Source of the DNA: Chrysomallon squamiferum
Taxonomy: Eukaryota; Animalia; Mollusca
Assembly: GCA_012295275.1 (NCBI GenBank)
Contig: CM022672.1
Span: 2,046,001-2,110,000 of the forward strand
Length of the DNA stretch: 64,000 bases
Reading direction: 5' to 3'
The notes under the pieces were generated by a model. The model ran no database searches. It was not told the origin of the DNA and worked only from the letters and a program-made list of their open reading frames with translations. Shown piece by piece: positions 1 through 13,610 of the stretch (positions are counted from its first letter, which is position 1; each line of letters starts with the position of its first letter). Made by a program: the position numbers and the translations under genes.

Positions 1-609
1 TTTGAAGGGAAAAAAAGTATAAAAACTTAAGCTTCATCCAAACTGTTGAAGATTCAATAACCCACTTGCTGGAAGTGAATTCTACAACTAAGAGGAAACA
101 AAATCACATTCAGTGGCTTATCTCAAATTTAACTGTAAGTATATTGATTCCATGGCATCTATGAAAAAAGAAACAATTTTTTTATTTTATTGTAACAGGT
201 TGTGGCTCAGAATTTGAAATGAAAAAGTTGTTGTCCCTTGATGTCCAAATCACAGAATACTACTTGGAATACGTAAAAAGCCAATAATATTATCTCCTGT
301 GAGGAGAGTTGAAATCATGGTCCTTTGTATTTCAGACACATATTCAGTAGAATGAACATTTTGTTTTGTGACATCACAGTATGATTTAATAATAATGGTA
401 TCTTTAAAAAAACATACACGTTTGATGTCGTTGTATTTGTCTGATCTGATAAAACACTAACATTACTAAGGGCTTTTCTTATTGTTTAGCAGAAATTGAT
501 CTTTCATGACTATTTTTGCATTTTCCAACTAACAAAAATACACACTTTGACACAACAACAATACTGAGACACTGGAACATGGAATTCAAATTTCAAAGAA
601 TGCTTTTGA

Positions 610-955
610 CTTTGGAACATATAAAATTATATATGGAAGCTGTCAATTATTTTTCCAAATAACATGAAAACACATACCATAGACTGTAACCCAACAAAAA
701 TAACAAGTTATGTGGACAAATATTTCAAAATATGTTTAAAAAAGGATTGATATTGGAACATATAATATTATGCATGGATGGTCTCAACTATTTTTCCAAA
801 TTAATGCCCACCACAGCCTTTAACCCAGTGACAATAACGAGACAGTGAAACAGTGCTCTGGAAATAATTGATCTAGCAAAGTGTCAAACTTTCAGCTGTA
901 ATTTCCTGCTAACATGGGAACACATACCACTGCCTTTGGCCCAACAGTAATCAAT
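610..955. repeat. Degenerate ~140-bp tandem repeat (~2.5-3 copies) containing a SINE-like segment
   Basis: ttggaacatataa..ttat..atgga..tcaa.tatttttccaaat recurs at ~612 and ~753. aacatg..aacacatacca....t....cccaaca recurs at ~662 and ~911. cacatacca is the reverse complement of the tggtatgtg seen in SINE fragments elsewhere in the window. Confidence 0.65.
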
Positions 956-1419
956 GTGCTTTGTCTGCAATAGACAGAAATTGTTAAAAGTGATTTGAGT
1001 AGAATTGATCCTGCAGTCTATTGAGCTCTGTGTTTTAAAAAAAAATAAAAAAACATCTCCAGCATCTGCAACCTACTCCTTCATCATTGACTGACAGCCA
1101 GCTCTCAGGAGAGTAAATATGTTTAATGTTTAAATAAACGGATAGTAATAAGACTCTTTCTCTGACAGTAACAAGGGATCCTTGTCCAATGGAAGAAGAA
1201 GAACAACAAAAAAAACCCTGCTTTAAACCAGACTTTCAATAGCATCTGAATAGTATTGTGTAAAAGTGTAAAAAATAAAAAATAAAAAAAAAATAAGAGT
1301 AAAAAGTGTTTCAAAATTGGTGAGAGGGCAAAAAAAAAGAAAGAAGGAATCTATAATTAGAGATTGCTAAAACCTTATAACTGTCACTTGCTATATGTTT
1401 TTGTAGCCAAAGAGAAGTA

Positions 1420-1532
1420 ATGTTATTATTATTATTATTTTCATAATCAAGATCATCTCACAATATCAGAGAAGTAATGGTAATATTATGAGATGATTTC
1501 GATTATGAAAATAATAATAATAATAATAACAT
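1420..1532. repeat. Near-perfect inverted repeat (arms ~47-50 bp, 16-bp spacer)
   Basis: Left arm atgtt(att)n ttcataatcaagatcatctcacaatat (1420-1466) is complementary to right arm atattatgagatgatttcgattatgaa(aat)n aacat (1483-1532), with 3 substitutions and one extra ATT unit. Confidence 0.9.
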
Positions 1533-1766
1533 GGCTGCTTATTTCTACTGAAGACTGTAGGAAAGATTTATTTTCAGCCCCAGAGATGAATTAATCCAGT
1601 TATGTGAGTGGACTGTAGTTCAGGGACAAAGCACTTGCTCAGGTCATGGTATCATCTCTCTTCAGTGCACCCAGTGGGCTGTTTACCAGCTTGGTTAACA
1701 ACAGTTTACTGAAGACCTTTTCTTACAAGAGAAGGAAGAAATTATTTATTTAATTTTAATTTATAA

Positions 1767-1980
1767 CCACACACACACCTCCAAACATATAACAGAATCA
1801 ATACACACACACACACACACCTCCAAACATATACCAAAATCAATACACACACACAGACTCAACAGAAACACACACAGACATACACACATACACATGTATA
1901 CACCCAGACACAGAAACACATACACATGTTCACACAGACATACTCACATCTCCACATACACTCCTCACACATACAGACAC
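1767..1980. repeat. CA-rich low-complexity tract including a ~42-bp tandem duplication
   Basis: (ca)n-cctccaaacatata.ca.aatcaata-(ca)n occurs twice (1767-1855), followed by a degenerate CA tract. Confidence 0.85.
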
Positions 1981-2084
1981 AAATATGAAGTATTGTCTTT
2001 TGATGATGGATTATTACTTGTTTCTAGATTCTCATTTGGTGACATTATAATCCCAAGATACAAGTCTTCTATAAGTCATATATA

Positions 2085-2190
2085 GCTATTTTTCATTCCA
2101 GTCAGTGCTCATCCATTCCTGCTATTTCAAACACAGAGAGGCCTGCTGTTTGTCTGTGGAAAGATAATGTACATCATATCCCTTATTGAC
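2085..2190 (+). mobile_element. Decayed SINE-like fragment (central region)
   Basis: gctatttttcattccagtcagtgctc...gtctgtgg resembles 12463-12490 and 17820-17840 and the reverse complement of 49150-49176. Confidence 0.5.
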
Positions 2191-2346
2191 GTATTCACAA
2201 GTCTAACCCTGAGATGTTGTCATATAAATATTATCTTTCTCCAATAATAACACTTGATATAGAATTCTAATGAAGATGGTCATTAAACAGACATTCATCA
2301 GTTCTGAAGATATTTGCCCATCTCTGGAATGTAAATAATAAATTCC

Positions 2347-2623
2347 ATCCTTTTTATATTTTACACTGTATCATATATGTATCCTTTTTATATTTTACAC
2401 ATATCATATATGTATCCTTTTTATATTTTACACATATCATATATGTATCCTTTTTATATTTTACACTGTATCATATATGTATCCTTTTTATATTTTACAC
2501 TGTATCATATATGTATCCTTTTTATATTTTACACGTATCATATATGTATCCTTTTTCTATTTTACACTGTATCATATATGTATCCTTTTTCTATTTTACA
2601 CTGTATCATATATGTATCCTTTT
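2347..2623. repeat. 33/34-bp minisatellite, 8 full copies plus a partial
   Basis: Unit atcctttttatattttacactgtatcatatatgt starts at 2347, 2381, 2414, 2447, 2481, 2515, 2548, 2582 and 2616 (partial). It explains the repetitive ORFs 2377-2643 and 2477-2665. Confidence 0.97.
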
Positions 2624-4170
2624 CTTTTTTCATTTCTTTTTAAAACAATACACCTAGCAAACTGAGAGTGAGTAACATTATTGAACACACACACACACAC
2701 ACACACACACACATTAAATAAACATTAATTCTATAATGCTTCATGTATGTATCCTTTCCTTATGTCATCGTTTCTTTGTTTCAAACAAAACATGTAGCAT
2801 TCAGAAAGTGAAAAGTGTCATTAAAAACACACAGATTTTTAAACATTCACCAGTTCTGAAGCTAACCAACATATATTGCTACCTAAGAAATTAAATGGAT
2901 TCCTATATTTTTTTTTTTTTTTAAATATAACTTTTCATGAATCTATTCTTTTCATTTCAAAGTATATATATATATAAATAAAAAAAACATGAATAAAGGC
3001 ACCTAGCATCCTGAGAGTGAGAACAAATAACAATATCTTGACAAATCAAAAAGACAAAGTGTTATTGAATAAGTCAGCCAATGACACCATCTTCCTTGAT
3101 GTCATATGATGGATGTGAAGGCGACACAGTGAGGTCAGTGGCTGGTGTGTTTGTATGACAGCATGGTGAAAACAAGGAGTATTTATAAGTTCCAGATGGC
3201 TTGTGGTCAGTCATCATAATTGAATTTCAGAACTCTTAATTACTTCCGCATGCTGTAGAAATCAATATGCTTGTATAAATCAAGATGGGGAGAATAACAT
3301 GCATGAAATGAGTTTTGAGAACTTCAAGATGGCCACCAGAAAGTCTCCACAGTAGACACGTTGTGGAATGGGGATTGGCAGACGTTTATTATTTTATTGT
3401 GAGATTCCAATTAAGAACGTAACTTGAGTTATCAGAAGTGTGTTAAAAAGTGATAAAAGAATTAAATAAAAAATACCTTTTTGTCAGAACTGAAAAAAAA
3501 AACTGAAACAGAAACAGCAATAATAAATTTACCTAAAGTAGACTGTTATTTTCTTCTGTAGATATACTGCTGTGGTACAATCATTATTTTATTATGAAAT
3601 CTTAATTAAATTAGAGACTTATTTATCAAAGTATAATACATTTTTTTTCACAATATGCAATTAATAAAGTGGGTTTTTTTTCAGATTTGAAAAAATATAA
3701 AAGAATTTACTAAAAAGGCTGATATATATAAGCAGTACAATTAAAATGTGTTAAAGATTTCAATACTTTCAGAAAAAATGTTTTCGACTTTACCAAGATA
3801 GGTTGATTTTTCAGAAATCTGTTTAAAATCTGGAGCCAATAAATTGATTTTATGTCCATAATTTAATATTTCTGGTTCCATTTTATTGTAATAACATTTA
3901 TCAAAAGAGGGCTGAGTTGTAAAAAAATCTTTAATAAGATCTATCAAAATACTGAGTTAACAAAGATTACATTTTTTAATTATTGTCAGAATATAGAATT
4001 AATTCCTTTTTTCTTAGGTGAAATTGTAAAATATTACAAAAAATAATGTAGTTTTACTTCTTAGAAAAAATATTTTATATTTATCAAAATATGGAGTTTC
4101 TTGGACATTTATTTAAAACTGGTTAACATGCAGGATGTCAATGCATCTGATTTCCTTTCTCATTACGAAT

Positions 4171-4500
4171 GTAGTTCATAACCCTGTGCATAATGTCATA
4201 TACCTAAACCTGTATGATTGCAAACAAATATATTCCTTAACCACATGCACATTGCTACACCTAGTTCTTATCCATATCTGTGATGCCTTGATTATATCTA
4301 CAGTCCTTAAGCATGTGTGTGTGATGCCAGGGAAGGGTAGTTCCTTACCATATGTACAATGCAAATATGAATAATGCCATGTAACTATAGTCCTTAACAA
4401 AATATTTAATGCCAAGCAAATGTAGCTGTTAATCTTATGTACAGTGGAAAACACAGTTCTTAATCATCAGTAGGATACCATATAAATATAATCCTTACAA
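4171..4500 (+). repeat. Degenerate ~35-45-bp tandem array (~9 units), probably an amplified SINE 3' segment
   Basis: Recurring core (t/c)ag(t)tcc/ttaa(c)cat(a)tgt..atgcca at ~4171, 4230, 4262, 4300, 4337, 4388, 4421, 4454 and 4489. Confidence 0.6.
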
Positions 4501-5166
4501 GTTTAAAATTTAAAAAAAAATAAAAAATAAATAAATACATATTACTGTATACACCAAATCCCTAATAATGAAATTTCTGAGGCTGCACTGGGCTGCAGTA
4601 ATTGACTATAATTTGGAAGAGTCTGCTGTAGATGTTGTAATAATGAATACTGGACAGTTACAGCATTTGATATACACTGATTCCCATGATAAATGGTTCC
4701 CACTAGGTATACATACGCGGGTTCTTGCGATAAATGGTGCTTGCTAACTGTTGCTATGACAAAATATCGTGGTTCCCCCTCATCCCTCCCGAACGAAGAA
4801 ATCCTGTTTTATTTGAACAGCAGCAGACAACTGGCTTAAAAAAACCTGAAGTTTAGGAATGATTTATAGGTCCAAGAAGACATTAAACTGTGGACAACAA
4901 GTTATTTTCCTGCCAAAAAAAACGTAGCAAAACAGATATGATTACCATTGATTTTCACAGACACTCACCAGCACATATCATTATTGTAACATTTAGGCTA
5001 AATTGAACTTAAATTATAATTTTTTATAGCAGATACAGTTAGAGTATTATGATTAGAATATTGCAAGAAATTCTTTTATGTAAAATAAAATTATAGAATT
5101 TGTTTATATATTTGTCTATCTACGTATCTCTCTATCTTTCTATCTATTGATACACATCTACATATA

Positions 5167-5182
5167 AATACCTACCTACCTA

Positions 5183-5229
<47 letters not shown>

Positions 5230-5255
5230 GCATATATATATATAAATGTATGTAT
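5167..5255. repeat. (TACC)n/(TA)n microsatellite
   Basis: Direct reading. Confidence 0.95.
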
Positions 5256-6705
5256 GAATTAATTTGCAGTATAGACTTATTGCTAGATATTTATTATTTA
5301 TATGATATAAATTCTAAATTTATTAATTTTGTTAAATATTTATGTATATCTAAATTATAATTCCAAACAGAATCACTATATATGTTATATTTATAATGAA
5401 TAAAAGCACAATTCTAGAAGAACTTTTTATATTACAACTTCATCCTTAATTTGAATTTTTAGCATCAAAATCTATTTTTAAATAATGAACTCTATTATAT
5501 AAATGAAACCAGGCAGCTGAAAAAAGAAATGATCGTCACATTTTAGCAAAATAGCTGTCCTTATATTTGTACAAAATGAGTAGACAACATAAGCTTTTTT
5601 AAATTTCATTTTGTCATAAAACTATGAAGCTTCAGTCATGATAAAATTTATGTTTCATATTTTCTGAATATTTAAACAAGTAAGAACACACACGCACACA
5701 CACACGTGTATATGTATGTTATGTGTGTATTTGCTAAATACAGAAATGCTGCAGACTAACAGCAACAAAAGAAAACAACTTCATTGTTCTTTCATTAAGA
5801 AATATAGAAATTCTTATTAAAAATAAACACTTCTCAATAAAAATAGTAAATGATCAGTTATGATTTCACTTTTCCAAATAAAATCATTTGAAAGAACTTT
5901 AAAGTGAATTTACATTCATTATTTTTCAACTTTCCTTTAAACTTTCTTTCTTTTTCAACTTTTATATACACTTTTTCTTCATTTTTCATTCGAAATCGTT
6001 GTTTTCTCAAACTATAAATGTTTTTTTTTTTAAACAACTATCGTCTATTTTCTGTGAAGTTTGCATCAGTATTGAGTTGACATTTTTAAAAATAAGTAAC
6101 ACTATCATCATTACTGTAGCATTACTGTTGTGAAATTCTGTTTCTTTTGTTGATGAACCTTCTGGTTTCTGTGAATTTTATGTGTATTATTTATAAGACA
6201 GGCAAAGTAAATACTGGTGGAAATGCAAATGTTCTCAGTTAGATGTTTTATTTGTTATCTGGTTTTGAAGTCAGCCAAAGCACTGCTAAAATTACAGCAT
6301 GAAGTCAAAAACAAACAAAAAAACAAAAAACAAATTCAAAACACATTTGTTAAAAAGCACTATTTTAGAACAATGACTGCTTAAATTCTGATGTTATACT
6401 CTTTAAAATGTTAACAAACATACAGAGAATGCAAACATAATTTTAATGTTAACATTTTGACATGACATGCAGCTAAATGTCTGCCACTGTTATCTTCAAA
6501 ATCATCATATCCTTTTATATAATCTATTCCTCCAAAGTATATTGATGTTTTGTTATAACAACACCTGCTGATGCTAATTTGTGGTAATTTTGTTTCTAAT
6601 TCAGTAAGCAGAACACTGAACTTTATACAGATGAGTCTGGTGCATTCTTCATGATAGAAGAAACCGCCAGTATTTATTTAAATTAACTCTTCAAAATTCT
6701 TTTAC

Positions 6706-6742
<37 letters not shown>

Positions 6743-6750
6743 GTTATTAT
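6706..6750. repeat. (TTA)n microsatellite
   Basis: Direct reading. Confidence 0.95.
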
Positions 6751-6847
6751 TTATATTGAGTACACAGCAAATTTTATTTGTTACCAGTAATGATAATCCT
6801 GATGGTTTACTATTATCAGTTAACAAATACAGATTTTAATTTATACC

Positions 6848-6936
6848 TTCCCATGGGTAGAATAGATACTGAAAACCAGGTCATGAATCATTTAGTGAAA
6901 TGGGATATAGCCCAATGGATTCACTGAAATGGATCA
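6848..6936 (-). mobile_element. Decayed SINE-like fragment
   Basis: gaaatgggatatagcccaatgg is the reverse complement of the ttggg(c)(a/t)atttcccattcc motif seen at 17818-17840. Confidence 0.5.
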
Positions 6937-8984
6937 TTTTATGATTTATACCTCAGATAATCAACCAGCCAATGAATTAAAAAAAATATTTTTTATGGCA
7001 TTTGAGTATGAAAAATAATTTATTATTAAAATTGTTATTCAAATTTATATGTCTGTAAGAAATTTGCCTGTAAAACTGATATACAAAAATGTGCAATACA
7101 AGTAAATTTTAAATTAATTTACGAGCTGCCCTGAGTGAACATCACAGGTTTAGTCCAGAGACATGTTGCAATTAATTTTAATATTAATATGAAGAGACAT
7201 AAAGTAAAAAATAGATAATTAAAAACTTATGAAAACACCCACACAAAAAACAAAACAAAAAACCCCAAACAAACAGATATCCTATTGCAGCAGTAATGAC
7301 TATTTTATATACACCTTCTCAAAACTGAGAAAGACATACCTTGACCAGTGATACACCAAATTAGAAGCATTGGCTTTTTACAAAATGTATAATAATTTAT
7401 GCAAATTTAAGACAGAACATCATTACAGATACACATAAATCCTGCTTAACAAGATTTTATTTGAGGAAAGATTAGATTAGACTAGACTGAACAAGGAAAG
7501 TTTTGGTAATGAATGACAAATGTGTATTTGGATGATAATTTGTGGTCTAGCCAATCCACTGACAGGTGTAAGGTGCTAAAGTTGGATGTCATGTTGACGG
7601 TTTTACAGTTTATCCTACTGTGTCAGGTTATTAGCTACTGCTAGGATTTGATCCCTGTATTTCTTACACTCTTGTTGCTTAAGCTTAAATCATGGTTAAG
7701 GAGGAACAGCTAAAACTGCGACAGATCTGCAAAGTTACGCATTATACATGAATGACTGAAACTGAAGTAGCTAGAAAAAAACTTTGAAATGATAAGATTT
7801 TGAGTGCTCTAGCTTGAAACTTTATCCTGATGTCACTAATAGAAGAGGACAAAAATATTTGTAAAATATGACAGTGTTGAAGTATTGATCCTTTATATGA
7901 GCGGTATGAGAGAGATACACATTTATTAAGAGTTCTCAAGTTCAGTGAAGAAAAATGATAAAAAGATACTATGATGCATTCTGGCTTTAAATGAAATTGA
8001 AAAATAAAAAAATAAGAAGAAGAAAAAGAAAGAAGGAATCCTTCATGTTGTTTTTGATTAATGGTTACAGTTTTTTTATTTTGAATCTAAGCCTGAATTG
8101 TAACCAGACCTCTTCAGAGTTGCATCTGGACTATTTAACATTCCATCCAGTGAAAAAGACAGTGGTATGTATTTTCTATGACAGTGTTTTTGGTTTTGCT
8201 ATTCTCAGTATAACAATGCTTTTAGTTTGCTATTTTATGCATAATAGTGCTTTTAATTTTCTATTTCAAACGTAACAGTGCTTTTAGTTTTAATACAGTA
8301 ACATGATCCATCTGCCTGAGCCTGCCATTTGGGCGATTTCTACTCCATACAGAAAATCAAAACTGGTTTATCAAAAACCATTCTTTCCCTCTTATGGGAG
8401 GGTGTATATAAAATTAAATTTTTCTGCTAAGTTTATGAATAGCCCAAGATTACTTCTCTTATATTATCATTATGTATAGCACATAATATCAATACCAATA
8501 AAATAGATTGTGATGTTGTTAAAAAAATATTTTTTCACACTATTATTGTGACTGAGATATTGCACTGTGTCACTGTGTGAAATTTTGCCAATAAATTCCA
8601 AGAATTCATCTGTCACTAGTAAGGTGAACTTAAACTAAATTGGTTGTCAGAATTTTCATTTTTACTGCTGATTGCTTTTATCCTTGTGTCTAGACAGATA
8701 CAAATTTAGCAACAGTATCTTTTCTTCATTTTGACAACTTTTATGAATTGTTTCAGTTTTATCTTTGACTTAAGTTTGATGTTTCTGACAAATCATCATG
8801 GTTTGACTGTTTTATATTTACCTTTATCTCATAATGAAAATATTATCAGTAAAAAACCCATATATAAAATGTTTCAAATTTACTTTTATTTGTCAGCTTA
8901 TTTTGGACAATTACCTGGAAGTCAAGCACAGCCTGTTTAAAACCCAATCTTTAACTCACATCTCCTATTTTCAACAATTTCTGC

Positions 8985-9330
8985 TTACAAATATTAATTA
9001 TTCTAAATTCTACTTTTACTATTTTTGGTAACTTCACTTTCAAATATGAATGATTTCAAACAAACATTCATATCTGAAAGCAAAGAAAAAAAAAAAATTA
9101 AATTTTTACTATTTAAATTTTACCTTTCAATTCAGTGCAGTGTTTTTGAAAATTATTATTTATTTCAGATTCAAGTAAGCTTGCTTACTTAAAGATAAAT
9201 TCACTCAAATCTGAGCTGTGGGTGATGTTTTTGACCATAATTAAAATATGAATTATTCTAAACTCTACTTTTGATGTTTTTGACAACTAGACTTATAAAT
9301 ATGAATTCTTTCAAAATTGTATGTTCATGA
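8985..9330. repeat. Degenerate AT-rich tandem repeat (weaker copies extend ~8730-9660)
   Basis: aaatat(g/t)aattattctaaa.tctactttt.......tttg..aact recurs at ~8989 and ~9244, with partial copies at ~9042 and ~9297. Confidence 0.55.
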
Positions 9331-10337
9331 AAAAGGTTTCTTACCAATTTAAAACATTTCAAATATATGTATAACTTGAGTTCAAGATTTTTGACAGTTA
9401 CATAATTATGAGCTGTACCAAACTTTGCCTTTCACTTATTTGTTATTTTAACATTTTGAACTGATTCAAGTTTATCTTTATTTTATCATGCAATTTTTTT
9501 TTTAAATGAAGAATAAATTGCTAAAAATAAATTCTGTGTCTCAAAAATAAAAACTATATTTCACCTGACTGATTTGTGATTACAAACTGATATGAATAAT
9601 GTCATCTTTACTTATCACATTTACTTGCTGTTTTTGAAAACATTAGATATTTTTTGTTTTCTTCAAACTTTTGTTTTGAATTGATGATGACTGAGAAGTG
9701 GAAAGGAAGTCACTCAGAGCTCTCCAAACTCTTTTTAACTCTCCCACCCCTTCAAGTAAAGATTAACCCTCTATCAACCATTCTGGTTTGAGTTAGTATT
9801 TTTTTTACTTCAGAAGTCCAATATCCACCTCTAATGATTTCTGACCTGCAGAAGTGACTCACTGACCACACAGGGTCAATACTGACCACTTTGAAGACTC
9901 ATAAAGAAATTCTAAGAAAATATTTTGCCATTCATAACCAATCAATGTTTGTCATTTCCCACTATTTACTCTCAGCTGTATGTAATTTGAAATAAGCTGA
10001 TGTGGTTTTCTTAATAAATATTTGTTTGTATGCTAGACACAACAATACTGTTTGTTGTCAGTTATACAAATCAGAGAACAAATCCTTGTTAGACATCCTT
10101 TGGACAGTATGCTATTATACTTTCATTGTTAATTATATATGTGGGAAAGGATCAGTTCTTCTGAGAACATCCTACATACTACTTCCCAGTACTGCCACTG
10201 ACCTCTGACTTGTTCTTAATGAGGGCTGTAATGTTCATCAGACTTAAAATATTTGTAAATGATTCATAGTTTCTTTATCAGTGACAAAATTCAAGCTTCA
10301 CATGGTTTCTTTTGTCTAAATGTATTCAGAATGATAA

Positions 10338-10520
10338 AATAGTAATAGTACTAGTAATAGTAGTAGTAATAATAATAATAATAATAAAACTGATGATGAT
10401 GACATTAGTGTTAATGATGACAATATAATAATAATAATGATAATAATAACATCAGAAGAAGAATAACAGCAACAATACTTCTACTACTGCTATTGCTAAA
10501 ACTAATAATAACAGGAATAA
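10338..10520. repeat. Mixed (AAT/AGT/GAT)n trinucleotide low-complexity tract
   Basis: Direct reading. Confidence 0.85.
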
Positions 10521-11192
10521 AATCATTAAGAAAATAATTATAGAAAATGAACTACAACATAATCATTATTTAAGAAGAAATAATTAACATAGATGATCAG
10601 CATATTGTTTACATTTCTGATTAAGTGTAATTACATAGAAACATTAAAATGTATGAGATATAAAAAAAAAAAAAAGAAAGTCATCACCTTACTGACATTT
10701 AAAAACCTGGTTATGAGAAATTAGATCAGTGAACCTATCAACATGGGAATGAAAGAGATTCAAAGACCTGAGAACGAATCCATTCATCATAGCTGACTTG
10801 TTGAAAGTCAAGAGATAATTTTGTTTAAAGAGATTAATAAGAATTAGATGATTTGAAAAACAATGGCAACAATGATAAAATAACAATGATGATGATGATG
10901 ATAAATTAAAATACTGACATTGAAAATGACAACAGTTTGAAGTTCTGAAATTTACCTATAAGCTGTGGTTCATTGTATGATGAAGATAAAAGTTTTTTCA
11001 TTGATTGAAAAAACTTCACTGTGATGCAAGTAAAGATAATTGTGATGAAGTATTAGTTGTGAATAAGAGTTTGTTCAGTCGTTTTAAAAGAGAATAAATT
11101 TACAAAATATTAAACTGCAAACTGAAAGAGCAAGTATATGGAAACAGAACTGCAACTGACTGTAACAGGTTTTTTATTTTTATATTTTTGTT

Positions 11193-11198
11193 TATATA

Positions 11199-11234
<36 letters not shown>

Positions 11235-11284
11235 TGTATGTATGTATGTATGTATATGTATATATGTATGTATATGTATATATG

Positions 11285-11315
<31 letters not shown>

Positions 11316-11342
11316 ATGTATGTATGTATATGTATGTATATG

Positions 11343-11376
<34 letters not shown>

Positions 11377-11419
11377 TGTATATGTATGTATGTATATGTA
11401 TGTAAGCATATGTGTGTAA

Positions 11420-11451
<32 letters not shown>

Positions 11452-11472
11452 ATATTTATGTAGATAGATAGA
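11193..11472. repeat. Compound (TA)n/(TATG)n/(TG)n microsatellite
   Basis: Direct reading. It accounts for four overlapping spurious ORFs. Confidence 0.97.
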
Positions 11473-12004
11473 TATCATTTATTATATATCTTAAGAAGCA
11501 GTGTGATATGAGTTGTTCTGTTATGTAAAGGTATGTATTAAAAATCATTTGTTGCTGATTGATAAATTAGTTGTTAGGTAATGACTGAAACATTGTTTCA
11601 GAAATAAATTTTAAAGGAAATTTGTCTTGCAACCTATCATGGCTCAGGTCTGTTCTTTAACTACCAAACTCCATCAGCATAGATAAGTAAGTCAAAAAAA
11701 CTAAATACCCTTTTTTCCCAAGAGTTTGCACAATTTATAAAGCAACTAGCACATTTTGTTTCTTGTTTATTTCACAAAGCTGGTTTATATATTATGAATT
11801 AATAGATGGGTAAACAGCATGGTCAAAGCAGGCTGGTTTGCAGATGTGTTACAGAAAGAAATATAAAGATATTCTTTGTTTACTGATAGAAATGTCAGAA
11901 GCAAACACCAAAAGCATATCTTACTGAGAACCATGGGATATCTAGAACTGATCTTTATGTCCATAATATCCAGTTCTAACTTAAAGGCAAAATGGAGGTG
12001 ACTA

Positions 12005-12490
12005 AGATTTTTTTCTCATTCCAACTCAAACATTAATTTGTTCTGTTTATTAGTGAGACATGTAGTCTACTTGTTCATTATTTCTAATTCCAAATAAACA
12101 CAAAACATTTTGTTCAGTGTATACTGACCAGATTTTTATCCCATTCCAAACTCAAACAGTCATTTATTTTGTGTCTAGGACTAATTAGCATTTTCATTAT
12201 TTCCTGTTTCATTTGAAATGCAAATATTGCTGATCATCACTGGATATCATCAATTTACCAGTGCATTCATTATTTACCATTCTAACTCAAACTGTGAGTC
12301 ATACCACCAGTATAAGATTAGTAAGGTTGTTTTTTCCAGTTCTAACTCAAGACAAATAATGCATCAGTGTTGATCATACTCATTATTTTATCATATTCAT
12401 TATTTCCCAATACAATTATCAAAGATTTTTTATTTTTTATCAATACTGGAACACTTGTTCATAATTTCCCATTCCAGACAGTGCTCAACA
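12005..12490 (+). repeat. Degenerate ~60-bp tandem array related to the SINE atttcccattcca segment
   Basis: ttcattattt(c)ccattc(c/t)aactcaaac-like cores at ~12012, 12074, 12134, 12193, 12266 and 12332. The last unit, aatttcccattccagacagtgctc (12463), matches SINE fragments. Confidence 0.6.
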
Positions 12491-13339
12491 AATTTGGAAC
12501 TAATCTCACTGAAAGATCTTAAACTATCATTTTTGCAGGAATGATCAAAGAGAGATAAAAGCAATGAGAATCTGATGCAAATATTGACACAGAAGCATTA
12601 TTTAATTTGCTTTTTTATATCCTTCCTTTACTTTATTACAGGTACCAATGTACCCAGAATAGGTCAAAGAAACCAGCAGACACTGACTGTTGAAAGGCAG
12701 TACAAATTACAATGCAGATCATCATCAAGTAATGATTGCAACATCATGTTTGAATACTTGTTTTGACCCAGTTTGGTCACAAATGTCAACAGAAAGACAC
12801 TTAATTGGCTTGGCCAAACGAATGTTATCAAATTATGGTCTAGAATTGAGCACTGAGTGTTGTAATGCAGTTTTGATCTGCCTGGGAATACAAATTATAG
12901 GGTAATTTCAATTCCATGCAAACAAAACTAAACAGACTACCACGTCTCTTATGCAATGTGGCATAACAATACTGAAATTTATGTAATTGAAGATTATTGT
13001 TTTTCGTTGTTCTCTGTTCGGAACAAGTGAGATATGACGACAAGGATTATGTGATGTAGATTATCTAAGCTTTGTATCTTGTTTCAATAATAATAATAAA
13101 AAAATGTCTGCATGAATAAAATAGATTAACAGTGTTGAATAGTACTGCACCACTGCTGAAAATGAGATATTCAAATATGCTTTACAAGTTTTGTTAACAC
13201 AAATTTGCAAATGAAAGAAAATTTAGAATAATACATTTTTGTAATCCATATGCTGATTTAATTATCAGTCTATTGAACCCTAATTCCATCTGTCTGTCTC
13301 TTCATAGATCCATCACATGTGTTTCAATTATCAATATTT

Positions 13340-13610
13340 TCATCCATCAACCATCCATACATTTATTCTTCCATTCATTTATCCATCTATCTATCCATTT
13401 GACAGTTCATTCACAAACTGATTTACTGATCATGGTTGTAACTTCCTTCCAACCCTCAGTCTGTCCTTCAAAACCATTTTTCACTCTTTCCATTCACAAT
13501 TCCTCTGACACATTCATTCCTTCATCTGTTTGTTGTGTACATACTATCCATTCATCCATCCATCCATCCAACCAACCAACCAACCATTCTTCAAACTATC
13601 CATCCATTCC
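13340..13610. repeat. Degenerate (CATC/CATT/CAAC)n low-complexity tract
   Basis: Direct reading. It explains ORF 13273-13638. Confidence 0.75.

Noticed and set aside
2347-2623. CRISPR-like array
   Set aside because: Contiguous tandem units without unique spacers, in eukaryotic DNA. An ordinary minisatellite.
7714-7725. 12-nt match aactgcgacaga to the start of element copy A
   Set aside because: No downstream GTGCCC/GACGTGCTT blocks or hairpin. Compatible with chance.
9169-9174. 6-nt micro-exon tatttcag|ATTCAA|gtaagc
   Set aside because: The splice sites look good, but it lies inside a degenerate AT-rich tandem array, and about one such juxtaposition is expected by chance in this window (rough estimate).
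12642-12901. Possible 260-nt exon (ttattacag| ... TAGG|gtaatt)
   Set aside because: No continuous open frame across it and no homology recognised. It could only be noncoding, which cannot be supported from sequence alone.
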